The notes under the pieces were generated by a model. The model was not told where the DNA came from, searched no databases, and saw nothing but the letters and a program-made list of their open reading frames with translations. DNA of 64,000 nucleotides from a virus (Duplodnaviria > Caudoviricetes), in the IMG/VR virus record IMGVR_UViG_3300033062_002592, positions 1-64,000 of that record; one strand, 5' to 3'. The position numbers were made by a program, and so were the translations under genes. Shown one piece after another: positions 1-9,492 of the stretch (within the stretch, counting starts at the first letter, position 1; each line of letters opens with the position of its first letter).

Positions 1-48
1 ATCATGTATCGTAAGATATACGAATCAGCCGATCCGATCCACTCCGAC

Positions 49-117
49 TTTGCCTTGCCTTTGCCTAACCAATTTGCCTTGCCTTTGCCTAACCAATTTG
101 CCTTGCCTTTGCCTAAC
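49..117. repeat. Tandem repeat, about 3 x 24 bp (TTTGCCTTGCCTTTGCCTAACCAA)
   Basis: Units at 49-72, 73-96 and 97-117 (partial), preceded by CCGATCCGATCC. The same CCGATCCGATCC...TTTGCCTTTGCCTAA module recurs at about 496-533, and a degenerate TTTGCC pair occurs at about 818-835. Confidence 0.9.
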
Positions 118-178
118 AGAAAGATATATATTTTCCTTTATTTCAAGCATATTGAGAAAAACAAAGAAGTGAAAAAGA

Positions 179-466
179 ATGGGAAACGACCAAACAATTT
201 ACATCGTGAATCAAAAGCGATGTAAAGTAGGAAAAATCCACAGTCTGTATGCAAGAAACGATGTAATCGAAGAATTAGAGGAAAACCAAACTGAATACAA
301 CACAAACTTTAGCTGGAAAAACCTAGAACATAGAAATGCGTTTCATAGAGCAGGACTGAACCTTGAAATGTTTGAAAATTCAAGCGAATGCGCGGAAATG
401 CATGTTTCCTTGCTGCACTGTGTAGAATGTAAGGAAATCGTAGCAGTAGTAACGCACTGCTACTAA
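179..466 (+). CDS. Hypothetical protein (95 aa)
   Basis: ATG ORF downstream of a TATA-TCC promoter (about 121-136) and followed by a T-run (about 470-477). Confidence 0.6.
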   Translation: MGNDQTIYIVNQKRCKVGKIHSLYARNDVIEELEENQTEYNTNFSWKNLEHRNAFHRAGLNLEMFENSSECAEMHVSLLHCVECKEIVAVVTHCY

Positions 467-1043
467 ACCTTTTTTTTATTTCGCAAAGTTTGAACCGATC
501 CGATCCTTCAAGGATTGGATTTGCCTTTGCCTAATACGAATCTATATATGTTCCGATTTTCATGATTCATCAGTGATGAAACATGAAATGTCTAATAAAT
601 CCGAAACGTAAATGTGATGAAACCTTACATGAAATGTTCGGCTGCAGAGGCTGTTCATACCTTGCGAACCATCGTTAATTGCCCAAGCTGCCACAAAAAT
701 ATGGCGAAGCCTTTGTTTCATGATATGCTCAAGTGCCAACGTTGCAAAAGGATCTGGCTTAAGAAGCCAGAAATTATATAATTCCGGGGCCTCCGGGCTC
801 AAAAATGTGACAAAGATTTGCCCTGCTTTGCCCAATCCGAGATGAAATTGAGCTTGCCTGTCCGAATTTATATAATATAAAAACGGACCCCCTTCATATT
901 CTGTATGACCCTATATGTAAATATTTGGAAATACATATATATATTTCCATAATATATATAATATGGAATCTAAGGGTTTTTAGAGCACCGATTCGTATTT
1001 GGATGGGAATTCTTTGAGTTTGGGTGGAAAACAAATTATAATA

Positions 1044-1421
1044 TTATAAATCCGCTTTTTTCATGGATTGGAGCCTTGGACCAAAGACCTTGAAATTTAT
1101 GGGTGGTAGTACATACGTCATATTACCTATGTCATATTCCAAGCATATTGGAACATACCTGCTATGTTTCACCATATCCTGCTCACGAATATCATGGCCT
1201 TCGGCCGCCATCCTTTCAGCAATGTCTCCTGGCTCGTAATCCTTAATAGAGCAATGCTCCAGCATCTGCCTGCGCACATCCTCGCCCTTCACCTCAATTT
1301 TTCCCAGCTCCACAAATTCCTCGCCCTCTAAAGTCTCTACCAGCCATATCGTATCGGGAATCGAGCCTGCTTCGCCTTCCCACATTCTGCATTCCACATT
1401 CTGTTCCCTGAACTTCTTCAT
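1044..1421 (-). CDS. Hypothetical protein
   Basis: 125-aa ORF with a promoter motif at 1450-1470 on the minus strand. Confidence 0.65.
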   Translation of the reverse strand: MKKFREQNVECRMWEGEAGSIPDTIWLVETLEGEEFVELGKIEVKGEDVRRQMLEHCSIKDYEPGDIAERMAAEGHDIREQDMVKHSRYVPICLEYDIGNMTYVLPPINFKVFGPRLQSMKKADL

Positions 1422-1458
1422 ATTTCATCCCTCTGTTATGCTTATAGCTTCGGAGTAT

Positions 1459-1857
1459 TTATCTGTATCTATAAGTCACGGTGAGCCATTCTTTCCCTTC
1501 AACTATCCTTTTCTTGGTGGCATCCGCAACATCCCGTTTTTTTGCAACTTCATAAGCCCAGCCAATGGCTTCCCCCAAATGTTTTTCATCGCCCCAATTT
1601 AGGTCTGCCGTTGTTTCAAATTTGGTTCCATCCTCAGCTTCCCATTCTATGGAATTCTCCTGCTTCATCTTCTTGTCTTTCGGATTGAATTTCTTGTCCG
1701 TTTCAACCCATACATGGAATGAATAGCTGCCTGCAGCAGTTAGTTTAGCCGCATCATCTATAAATGTCTTGGTTTTCTCCTCGACAGCCCTTACCTTTAA
1801 TTCTTTTTTCTTTCCCATCATGCAACCACCTCCTCTGAAAACTTTGTCAAATTTCAT
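1459..1857 (-). CDS. Hypothetical protein (true start probably about 1822)
   Basis: Long ORF; GGAGGTGG SD-like site just before ATGATG. Confidence 0.6.
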   Translation of the reverse strand: MKFDKVFRGGGCMMGKKKELKVRAVEEKTKTFIDDAAKLTAAGSYSFHVWVETDKKFNPKDKKMKQENSIEWEAEDGTKFETTADLNWGDEKHLGEAIGWAYEVAKKRDVADATKKRIVEGKEWLTVTYRYR

Positions 1858-2318
1858 CAGCTACCCTCATCAGTTGCGGACCAGACATTCTGCGGGACGA
1901 ATAGCGGTTCCACCATGACACGCTGTTGCACAATGGTATCATATTCATCCTATCTGCATGTGGCTCTATAAGCCGCCATTCTTCATCATAGTCCTCGGCC
2001 CTGTACAGCGGTTCAAACCGCAGTTCAACCTTCTTCTTTTTCGTCCTCATTTTTAATCCTCGCCCTGAACAGTTCCACCGCAAGAACGGCGCGAGCCGCA
2101 TTATCTCCGTAGTTACCACCCGTTATTAGCTCCGAAGCATCGCTGTAAGCCTCTTTCAGCTTCTCCAGATATTCATCCTTCATTTCATCACCACCACTCA
2201 TCTTCACACGAATTGCATGAAAAGGCTGAACCTTGGTCTTCAATTTGAATTTCATCCTTTTTGCAAATTCCATCTTTACCGTGATGTTTGCATCCTTCTT
2301 TGTCACAGAAAACCTTAG

Positions 2319-2552
2319 TCATTGTATCACCTCATTTCCAATCAATTTCCCTTTTCTCGGTTTACTTCGTTTCACCACGTAAACAGTGTTGCGGCACCTA
2401 GGACTTTCATAACCTCCACGGGCCTGAGTACATGGAAAACATTCTGTGCAAATCCCTTTGACATTATGTGGATGGAAATGACATCTATTGTCCTGTTCAG
2501 ATAAACAGGTGAAATGTCGTCCACATTTTCGGCAAGTTAAAACCGTTTTCAT
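2319..2552 (-). CDS. Cys-rich small protein with conserved C-terminal tag (KPRKGKLIGNEVIQ)
   Basis: CxxC-x3-F-x-C...CxxC..C pattern; tag shared with 18 other ORFs; ATGA overlap with the upstream ORF. Confidence 0.8.
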   Translation of the reverse strand: MKTVLTCRKCGRHFTCLSEQDNRCHFHPHNVKGICTECFPCTQARGGYESPRCRNTVYVVKRSKPRKGKLIGNEVIQ

Positions 2553-2785
2553 TGGTAAACTTCGTCTCCTATCAATTTCCCTTTCCTAGGCTTACTTTCA
2601 GGTTTCTTAACATAGGATATGTTGCATTGTATGCCCACATAAAGCCTTGCAGTTGCTTTACATGCCATGCACAATTGGCAGTAGCTCTTAATGTCATGGG
2701 AACAATAATTGCATCCTCCACTATTTTCAGACAGACAAACATAGCTTCGCCCACATTCTATGCAGGTGAAAATGGTTTTAACCAT
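2549..2785 (-). CDS. Cys-rich small protein with C-terminal tag (KPRKGKLIGDEVYQ)
   Basis: Paralog of 2319-2552 (KT.xTCxxCGRxx.CLSE); carries the tag. Confidence 0.8.
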   Translation of the reverse strand: MVKTIFTCIECGRSYVCLSENSGGCNYCSHDIKSYCQLCMACKATARLYVGIQCNISYVKKPESKPRKGKLIGDEVYQ

Positions 2786-2955
2786 TTTTCATCTTTCACC
2801 TTTCAAGCTTTTCCTCATTTCATTTATGATTGGTGCAGGCAGCTTGATTCCATCATGAAATTCTCCATCAGCGCCGGCCCACCATTGAACCATTTCCCAT
2901 GTGAAATCCACGAATTCTTCTTCCAGCTCTAGCTCAAGCTCTGGCTCAGTTGGTT

Positions 2956-3165
2956 TCATGTCAAACACCTGTCAAATTCTAGGATTAGCCATTCTCCGGG
3001 ATACTTCGGGTTTTCAATGAAAATCTTCAAGATTTCACCTTCATCAAGTTCTTCGACCATCGTATTGACAGTGACCTCATCATATCCGAATAGTTTCGCA
3101 ATATGCTGAGGAGCTTTCAGCGATGCTTTACCTTTGAAGCCGTCCTTCAATTTGAATCCTTTCAT
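2956..3165 (-). CDS. Hypothetical protein
   Basis: ORF coupled to 3162-3428; GGAGG SD-like site. Confidence 0.55.
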   Translation of the reverse strand: MKGFKLKDGFKGKASLKAPQHIAKLFGYDEVTVNTMVEELDEGEILKIFIENPKYPGEWLILEFDRCLT

Positions 3166-3428
3166 ATTGCTTCCTCCCTTCTCAATGCGAATGTTCGGAA
3201 GACTCGCGTGTTTATCAATGTGCCGTTCATTATCATTCCGCCGTAGCTTTTGTCGTAAAATTCTTCATGTTTACACCACTGAGCCTCATGCTTCATTTTC
3301 CACACGAGTCCACAGTCGTTGCACCTCCAAGCATATTTGACAATTTCCTTCTTTTCATAGCGTGAGCCATCAGCAGTCGGCACACTGATGATGCACTTGA
3401 TTTTTTCCCTCATGGTTACGCTGTTCAC
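3162..3428 (-). CDS. Small Zn-binding protein
   Basis: CNDC...C.H motif; promoter at 3456-3472. Confidence 0.6.
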   Translation of the reverse strand: MNSVTMREKIKCIISVPTADGSRYEKKEIVKYAWRCNDCGLVWKMKHEAQWCKHEEFYDKSYGGMIMNGTLINTRVFRTFALRREEAI

Positions 3429-3630
3429 GTTCTCACATCGTGTTCATGATGTTATTCGGAATATATAAAGCTAGTGCTGATTATAGGATATGCTGTGGCA
3501 CTTCGGGCATGGAACATTATCTGCCAGCATATAAGAGTGGCACACGCTGCATGGAAAAGTTTTCTTCTCAAACCTTTTGAAGAAGCGGAGTAAACTTTGA
3601 CAAATCACTGAAAGTCGCCTCAAAAAAAGA

Positions 3631-4116
3631 TTATGGGGTGGTGGAAACTGTGAACACCAGTTCAGAGTCCCAATTCATGTTATCCATGTCGCCTATAGTC
3701 ACCACAAAGCTAATCGGTATCTCTTGAGTCGTGTTCCAGATTGCATAGTCTGTGTATAACCACTGCGCGCCGTTGAATTTCATTTCCAGATTAAGCCAGC
3801 TCACAGGCAAAATCGTGTATCCCCACCTCATATACACGTTGAGGTTGTAATTGCTTTTCTGCCTTAAAGTATATGTGAATGTGGTTACGCTCTGAGGCAT
3901 CAATCCTGCAAAATTAAAGTCCGCAACTTCCGTCCCATTCTCTGTGTACAATCCAAATCTCACATCAGGCAGCCTTCCCAAGCCAATTATGAAATGCGTT
4001 GGATAACTCTGTGTGCGCAACAGCGCCGCATATCCAATCAGCAACACAGCCGCGATTCCAATCACTGCAACAGCAGTCCCAATCTCAATTTTCCTTCTTC
4101 GATTCATGTTCATCAC
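3631..4116 (-). CDS. Membrane-anchored/secreted beta-rich protein
   Basis: Basic N-terminus plus hydrophobic helix (IGTAVAVIGIAAVLLIGYAALL), beta-strand-rich remainder; own promoter at 4134-4154. Confidence 0.65.
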   Translation of the reverse strand: MMNMNRRRKIEIGTAVAVIGIAAVLLIGYAALLRTQSYPTHFIIGLGRLPDVRFGLYTENGTEVADFNFAGLMPQSVTTFTYTLRQKSNYNLNVYMRWGYTILPVSWLNLEMKFNGAQWLYTDYAIWNTTQEIPISFVVTIGDMDNMNWDSELVFTVSTTP

Positions 4117-4176
4117 TGATTACATCAACGAAATCGGAAAATATAAATCTATCTGTTGGAAAATAGAAAAAAGGGC

Positions 4177-4815
4177 TCAGTTTACAGGCTGAGCCACTGT
4201 GGGTGGAACAAGTTCTTTCAGGACATACGAGAATGTTGTGCGTCTGCCGTTGGGATGAGGAATTTCCTCAACTTTCTTGGCTCTTGCTAGTTCTCTGAAC
4301 ACGGCTCTTACGATGTCGGACTGCGCGGGTCCACAGATGCTCAAAGCATCTATGATGTCACGGCAAGTAAATTCTGCGTTCTTTGGTTCTCTCTTAGCAT
4401 ACATCTCCTGCAACAGTGGCAGCAATCTTTCGCGGATCATTCCTGCTGTGTGGCTCGTCAAATGCGTCACCGTGTCCGGGTTGACTGTGTCCTGATGATA
4501 GTCTCTCATGTAGTACCGCTTCTCATAAGCAGTCTGCTCAGCCTCGGGCTTCTCCACAATCTTCGCTCTCTTCCCAAATTCTATCAGTTGAGGTCTTTCT
4601 TTCACTTCTGGTGCTGTTGTTGGAGTAATCTTTGCTGTTTCTGTTTTGACTTTCTTGGTTTTAACTGGCTTCGCTGTTTTCAACTCTGCGGCAAGCTTCT
4701 CGCTCCTAGCTTTCATGTCAAGCGGCTTCTCTGTGACTGCGGCTACTTCTGCGCTAACTCGTTCCAATATATCGCTCGCGTTTTCGGTTTTTTCTTTCAT
4801 ACTTATTTCCCTCAA
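4177..4815 (-). CDS. Protein with C-terminal winged-helix-like domain
   Basis: FTCRDIIDAL...VRAVFRELARAKKVEE...YVL wHTH pattern; Lys/Thr-rich linker; promoter at 4832-4851. Confidence 0.6.
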   Translation of the reverse strand: MREISMKEKTENASDILERVSAEVAAVTEKPLDMKARSEKLAAELKTAKPVKTKKVKTETAKITPTTAPEVKERPQLIEFGKRAKIVEKPEAEQTAYEKRYYMRDYHQDTVNPDTVTHLTSHTAGMIRERLLPLLQEMYAKREPKNAEFTCRDIIDALSICGPAQSDIVRAVFRELARAKKVEEIPHPNGRRTTFSYVLKELVPPTVAQPVN

Positions 4816-4855
4816 GCTATTTACAATTACTTCGGAGTATTTAAATGTTTCGGGC

Positions 4856-5092
4856 TTAATAGGTGACCCACCGGAGAGAACTTATCAGAACCGTAACACT
4901 TATCAACATTAGAATTCCACCCATGATAAGGAAAAATGGAGCCATGCTGATTTCCCATACAGTAAGTTTTCCTAACGATTCCAATGCTGTATTGGCAATA
5001 GGTAGAAACCAATAGAAAAAGAGAATCCACCATACGATGATGTATAATCCCGATAAAATGGCTGAAGCCAGATTTTGAGGAACGATTCTCAT
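4856..5092 (-). CDS. Small two-helix membrane protein
   Basis: Two hydrophobic segments; GGTGA SD-like site upstream. Confidence 0.55.
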   Translation of the reverse strand: MRIVPQNLASAILSGLYIIVWWILFFYWFLPIANTALESLGKLTVWEISMAPFFLIMGGILMLISVTVLISSLRWVTY

Positions 5093-5098
5093 CCTAAA

Positions 5099-5383
5099 TC
5101 ACCTACGTCTGGGTCGATAGACTGCTCTATAGGATTCGTAAAATGTTGTTTCTTTCATGGTTCTGAACTGCTCCAAAGTCATTGCATACATTTGGTCCCC
5201 TTCGAGGTAATGTCCATCGTAATAATTACCGCAGTAATTCACGAAATGGTAGAAACAATCGGCTTCTTCAAGTGATTCCAATGTGATGTGAATCGGTGAA
5301 AATCCCTGAACATCCGTGGAACCTACGAGTATGCCTTTGCGCTTTCTGTATTCGGAATCTTTTTCCGCTTTCATAGTTATCAC
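5099..5383 (-). CDS. Hypothetical protein
   Basis: ORF directly downstream of promoter 5406-5424. Confidence 0.55.
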   Translation of the reverse strand: MITMKAEKDSEYRKRKGILVGSTDVQGFSPIHITLESLEEADCFYHFVNYCGNYYDGHYLEGDQMYAMTLEQFRTMKETTFYESYRAVYRPRRR

Positions 5384-5464
5384 TTCGTTGTGAACATGAT
5401 GAATTTCGGATTATTTAAATCTTTTGATAAAAAAAAGGGAGTTGAATTGGTGCAAACTTTATGT

Positions 5465-5836
5465 CTAACAGTCTTTAACGGCTATCAGGTCTGTTGAGAG
5501 GCCATTCCAGACTTTGTTGATGGCTGCAATTTCTGACTCTGCATCTACTTCCCGGTACACTCTATATCGGTGAGTTTTTGGTTTCTCTTTTGGTAGAACC
5601 AAATAGGGCTGCACACAGTGTAGGAACATCAATGTTCCCGTTTCTTTACTTCCACTGCTTCCGATGCCTTCGACTTGTTCCGTTGAAACCATTATCGAGT
5701 AGCCGGCATTGGAAAATTCCTTCAGTCTTTCGATGATGTCCCTGACAAGCACGTGTTTCATTGTAATCTGGGTTCTGCACAGTTTCTCAACCGCTGTTGA
5801 GGATAATACCATTGGTACGCTTTTCATGTTAATCAC
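5465..5836 (-). CDS. Hypothetical protein
   Basis: Track ORF 5465-5863 overlaps promoter 5857-5876, so the start is more likely GTG 5836 or ATG 5827. Confidence 0.55.
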   Translation of the reverse strand: MINMKSVPMVLSSTAVEKLCRTQITMKHVLVRDIIERLKEFSNAGYSIMVSTEQVEGIGSSGSKETGTLMFLHCVQPYLVLPKEKPKTHRYRVYREVDAESEIAAINKVWNGLSTDLIAVKDC

Positions 5837-5897
5837 TTTTAAGTTGCTAACTGCAAAGGACAATATAAATGTTTCTGTTTAAAAAGGAGATAAGAGA

Positions 5898-5993
5898 GGC
5901 GGGCACCGCTTACAAAAGCCGCCAGAAGCATGACAAACTGGCTATGCTTGAAGCATTGGTGCCCGCCGCACATCTTTTGTGCTAACGATGTGC
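5898..5993 (-). ncRNA. Candidate structured small RNA
   Basis: Nested inverted repeats GGCGGGCACC/GGTGCCCGCC (5898-5907/5958-5967), GCTT/AAGC and AAGCAT/ATGCTT, plus hairpin GCACATC/GATGTGC. Own promoter at 6011-6030 and a downstream T-run. Confidence 0.5.
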
Positions 5994-6146
5994 AAAATTA
6001 AAATAGAAAAAGGAGAATATAAACGTTTCTATTGCTCTCGGTTCACTAATGTATTGACCGCAACGTGCTTTGGGCATTTCGTGCATTGGATGTAATCTTT
6101 GTTCGCACAGTTTTCACAGAGGAACTTACTGAGTTTCACCAACAGA

Positions 6147-6332
6147 TTAGAGGTGCTCATGTCTCATTCCAGCCTGCTCTTTGAGAATCTTTGGAATGTC
6201 TTTCAGCAGTACGGACTTTCGAAGCGGATGCTTCCTCACTTTCTCAAATCCGAATGTCTGTTGCACATCCGTGCTTCTCTGTATGTACTCTGGAACCCAG
6301 ACTTTCCCTTTAACCTTTGATTCTTTCGTCAT
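6147..6332 (-). CDS. Hypothetical small protein
   Basis: ORF after promoter 6360-6380. Confidence 0.5.
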   Translation of the reverse strand: MTKESKVKGKVWVPEYIQRSTDVQQTFGFEKVRKHPLRKSVLLKDIPKILKEQAGMRHEHL

Positions 6333-6380
6333 ATTTCATCACTGCACACATCAAATCATTCGGATTATATAAATCTATCT

Positions 6381-6543
6381 GATGAAATTCGGCTTACCAG
6401 AGGACTAGGCATACAGGCGGCACTGCCACTGATTTCTCACCTGCTACGCCTTAGCTGAGCAGGAGCTGTGGTCTGTGCCTCTGCCAACCCGAGTTCGGTA
6501 TCAAACTCAGATGTCTATCATCCCTTTCTGGGCCGATTTCATC
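6381..6543 (-). ncRNA. Candidate multi-stem ncRNA (about 165 nt)
   Basis: Terminal pairing GATGAAAT..CGGC/GCCG..ATTTCATC; internal stems CCAG/CTGG, AGGCA.ACAG/CTGTGCCT, CCTGCT/AGCAGG and GAGTT/AACTC. Promoter at 6575-6593; the ATG run near the expected start opens only 13 codons. Confidence 0.55.
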
Positions 6544-6721
6544 ATCATGTTAATAGTCACCAGATACTATCATTTCGGTATATAAATGTTTCTATCCCAG
6601 CGAAGCCATCTGGAGCTATGAATCTATGAAACGCAAAGTTTTCACCATTCCCATTTGGACAGATACATATATATGTTCCGCATGATTTTTACATCATGTG
6701 AAACACACACTGTAACGAGAG

Positions 6722-6973
6722 GTGATAAAAATGGTGAAAGAAACTCAGGGTGAAGAACTTGTGCAGGTTATCATCGAGGTTGATGACGAATCTTATGCGT
6801 ATAAGGTCGGTGCCTCTCTCAAAAAGCTTATTGGTGACATATTCCTTAATGATGATACTGAAGGCGCAGGATTTTGCGTCAGGGACTTCCTAGAATACTT
6901 GGCAACACATGATACTGTCGCCGTGAGAAAGATAGAAGCCACTGATGCTTCTATTTACCGCTTCACAGAGTAA
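6722..6973 (+). CDS. Hypothetical protein
   Basis: First ORF after promoter 6661-6680; GAGGTGA SD (likely start ATG 6731). Confidence 0.6.
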   Translation: MIKMVKETQGEELVQVIIEVDDESYAYKVGASLKKLIGDIFLNDDTEGAGFCVRDFLEYLATHDTVAVRKIEATDASIYRFTE

Positions 6974-7356
6974 AATCCGTCAGAAGCTTTGCCTCTCTCC
7001 TTTTTTTGTTTTTGTTTCTCAGGTCTAGGACCCGATGGAAGTTCGTGATTTCGATGCCGTTTAATCCAATTACAATTAGCACAAAGAACCTGATACCCAT
7101 CAGGGTTCTCCAAAATATGCTTATACATGGTATAATGATTACCATGTTTCTTTACATCTTGAATACCTCCCCCCTTTATATGGTCAATTTGCAAGGCTCT
7201 CTCATCAGAGAAACCACATATTGCGCATTTACCTCCCAGTTTAGTAATAGCCTTCATCCTCAATCCAGAAACCATTCTCTTAAAGGCTTGGTTCCCATGT
7301 ATTCGGAAGTATTCTCTCATATAGGTATTACGAGCTTCCTTATTCAAACCAATCAC
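6955..7356 (-). CDS. HNH endonuclease (free-standing, homing-endonuclease-like)
   Basis: CAICG...LQIDHI...VLCANCN HNH/Zn signature; antisense to its neighbours. Confidence 0.85.
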   Translation of the reverse strand: MIGLNKEARNTYMREYFRIHGNQAFKRMVSGLRMKAITKLGGKCAICGFSDERALQIDHIKGGGIQDVKKHGNHYTMYKHILENPDGYQVLCANCNWIKRHRNHELPSGPRPEKQKQKKERGKASDGFYSVKR

Positions 7357-7459
7357 CTTAATATAAGTTATATAACCTACACCTATATAAACCTTCTGGT
7401 TTATCTCCTCATAGAGAAACGTTTATTAAATCCTATAATTATATAATCTGTAACGTGAG

Positions 7460-7852
7460 ATGTTCGATGTGACCGACCTTAAAGATAAAGAGGTAATCGT
7501 GGATAAAAAAGGCAGGCATTTCCACTTTGTAGGCCTTGAAGAAACGGAGCTTGAAGCCATGAAACTCGTAGAAGAAGTGCAGGATGCGGGATTCATAGCC
7601 GCCATCTTCCAGCGGGAAGACAACAAATTCTTCGAAGTTTTCTCCAAGTTCACTGATGCCGAAGAATGTATATACTTCTGGGATCGCCACTACTGCGATG
7701 TTTGCCCACCAGAAACAAAGAGCAAATGCTCCGCCAAAACCTGTAAAATACAAATGAAAAAGGAAGACATTTTGTGGAAAGAAGAAAGGGGTTTCGTAAC
7801 GTTAATCCGCCATGAGTTGAAAAAGCTCCATGAACCTGGCATAGGTGGTTGA
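7460..7852 (+). CDS. Hypothetical protein
   Basis: First ORF after promoter 7415-7433; CxxC..C..C motif near the C-terminus. Confidence 0.6.
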   Translation: MFDVTDLKDKEVIVDKKGRHFHFVGLEETELEAMKLVEEVQDAGFIAAIFQREDNKFFEVFSKFTDAEECIYFWDRHYCDVCPPETKSKCSAKTCKIQMKKEDILWKEERGFVTLIRHELKKLHEPGIGG

Positions 7853-8112
7853 CAACTATGGAAAAATGTCCCATTTGTGAAGCTCCGCTTGAAACATTAA
7901 CATGGAGGGCATCATATACATCATTCGGTTTGCCTGCTCAGCCCAATCCCATGGTTTTCTTTGAATGCCATAATCCATCACATCCGCTTCATAATCATCA
8001 AAGGTTTCAATTCATCACTGTAAATGGACAAAACTATGTTTTTCAAGGTGGTTGGACACCTATTTTCCAGCGTAATAAAGGCATTTTCATTGGTAAAAGG
8101 GTGATACAATGA
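7849..8112 (+). CDS. Zn-ribbon small protein with C-terminal tag (RNKGIFIGKRVIQ)
   Basis: CPIC...C.N..H, aromatic hairpin, tag. Confidence 0.8.
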   Translation: MTTMEKCPICEAPLETLTWRASYTSFGLPAQPNPMVFFECHNPSHPLHNHQRFQFITVNGQNYVFQGGWTPIFQRNKGIFIGKRVIQ

Positions 8113-8381
8113 TAAAATGTCCACTCTGTGGCGGCGAGGCTTCACCATATCATGATCCTCCTACTGAAGGTTTGCCTTTTGGAGAATCTGTGCGGATATA
8201 TTACGGCTGCCAAAAATGCCACAACAAAGAGCCTTCCAATAGTTTTTACTTTCTCCACCTTGATAACGGAAAAATCTATTTTTGGAACTATACAGACAAA
8301 AATCACCATTGGAAATGGTATCCTCTCTCAAGTTTACCTAAAAGAAAAGGTCAATTAATTGGTGGAAGGGTTCTCCAATGA
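8109..8381 (+). CDS. Zn-ribbon small protein with C-terminal tag (KRKGQLIGGRVLQ)
   Basis: CPLC...CQKC, tag, ATGA coupling. Confidence 0.8.
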   Translation: MIKCPLCGGEASPYHDPPTEGLPFGESVRIYYGCQKCHNKEPSNSFYFLHLDNGKIYFWNYTDKNHHWKWYPLSSLPKRKGQLIGGRVLQ

Positions 8382-8620
8382 TTAACGTTGATGGTTTCTG
8401 CAAAAACTGTGGCAGATATCTATTTGGAGATTGTGAATGGTGTTCCACCTGTCATCAACCTATAAATGAAACTTCCGTTTACACAGTTTCTTCCAACGAA
8501 GAAAATAACATGGTTTATGACCTACCATTTTCAGACCGTTTGAAATACTTTCAGAAAAAATGCCTGCAGAAGCCCAGAAAAAAAGGTCATTTCATCGGTC
8601 CACGTGTGTACCAAATATGA
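8378..8620 (+). CDS. Zn-ribbon small protein with C-terminal tag (KPRKKGHFIGPRVYQI)
   Basis: CKNC...CSTC, tag, ATGA coupling. Confidence 0.8.
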   Translation: MINVDGFCKNCGRYLFGDCEWCSTCHQPINETSVYTVSSNEENNMVYDLPFSDRLKYFQKKCLQKPRKKGHFIGPRVYQI

Positions 8621-8744
8621 TGCGAATGTTTATATACTCCGTTCGTCATTGTCATACTGCGTGAGAATATGTGTGTACTAACCAACTGCATATCTCGAAC
8701 CGAGAAATGCAAAAAATACGTGGTATGCCCAAGAGCTTCCGAAT

Positions 8745-9023
8745 TTGTTGAAGATTCGGAGTTGTAAACCTATGGGCCGCAGAAAAAGTAAAAGCCTCTT
8801 GAAAGAAGGCTTCAAAAGACCCAGCAAAAAATTCTGGGTTAACACAGGTTTCGGCACAGGCCATTACATGTATCGTTCCACCCTAACTCTCAACGATGGC
8901 AGCACAGCACGGCTCTGCGAATCAAAAGATGGCATTGAGCAGTGGGAACATCCGGTGAAAACTTTGACACTTGACAAGTTCGGGCTCCGCAGAAATGAAT
9001 ATGGAAGGATTGTTCCAAAATGA
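8745..9023 (+). CDS. Basic hypothetical protein (likely start about 8772)
   Basis: ORF after promoter 8622-8641, coupled to 9020. Confidence 0.5.
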   Translation: MLKIRSCKPMGRRKSKSLLKEGFKRPSKKFWVNTGFGTGHYMYRSTLTLNDGSTARLCESKDGIEQWEHPVKTLTLDKFGLRRNEYGRIVPK

Positions 9024-9232
9024 GTAAACCAAAAAATTGGTCCAAAAAACTGTATGAAACTGTCGAGGATATCTATTCCGAGTGCAATATTTCTTGGAGT
9101 AGATTGGAGAGGTTAATTAATATGGCTCTTAAAGAAGGTCGTCAAGAAGTCCTAGATGATCCGAGAGCATTTGATTTGGTTTCACGGGACGAATGTCTAG
9201 GAGAACCCATGCGGGACGAAAGTCGTGATTAA
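9020..9232 (+). CDS. Hypothetical protein
   Basis: ATGA-coupled ORF. Confidence 0.55.
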   Translation: MSKPKNWSKKLYETVEDIYSECNISWSRLERLINMALKEGRQEVLDDPRAFDLVSRDECLGEPMRDESRD

Positions 9233-9492
9233 CATGAAATGCCCGTTTTGTCACGAGGAATTTGATGGTTACGAAATATACGAACCAAGAAACTTTAACC
9301 ATACAAATTTGCCTGTTCAAAAAACCTACACCCATTTCAATCACTCCTGTGAAAAATTTCATGGTGAATGCGTTGTCACCTTGTCAGGCAACCTTTACAC
9401 ATACAACAATAGAGAGTGGATATGTGTCTATAAAAGGGGTCCCAAAAAAACATCGCAAAGGCAAATTAATCGGAGCAGAGGTGTACCAATAA
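9225..9492 (+). pseudogene. Frameshifted tagged Zn-ribbon gene (A7 run at 9444-9450)
   Basis: The CPFC...C..H domain reads in the frame of 9225, but the tag PKKHRKGKLIGAEVYQ* is in the +1 frame. Removing one A of the A7 run restores the standard domain-plus-tag gene with TAATG coupling. Confidence 0.7.

Noticed and set aside
49-117. Possible CRISPR array
   Set aside because: The units are directly adjacent with no unique spacers, and no cas operon is present (the Cas4-like nuclease sits in the replication module).
4-225. 73-aa ORF with FALPLPNQ repeats
   Set aside because: It is just the translation of the 24-bp DNA repeat and runs across a promoter; likely non-coding.
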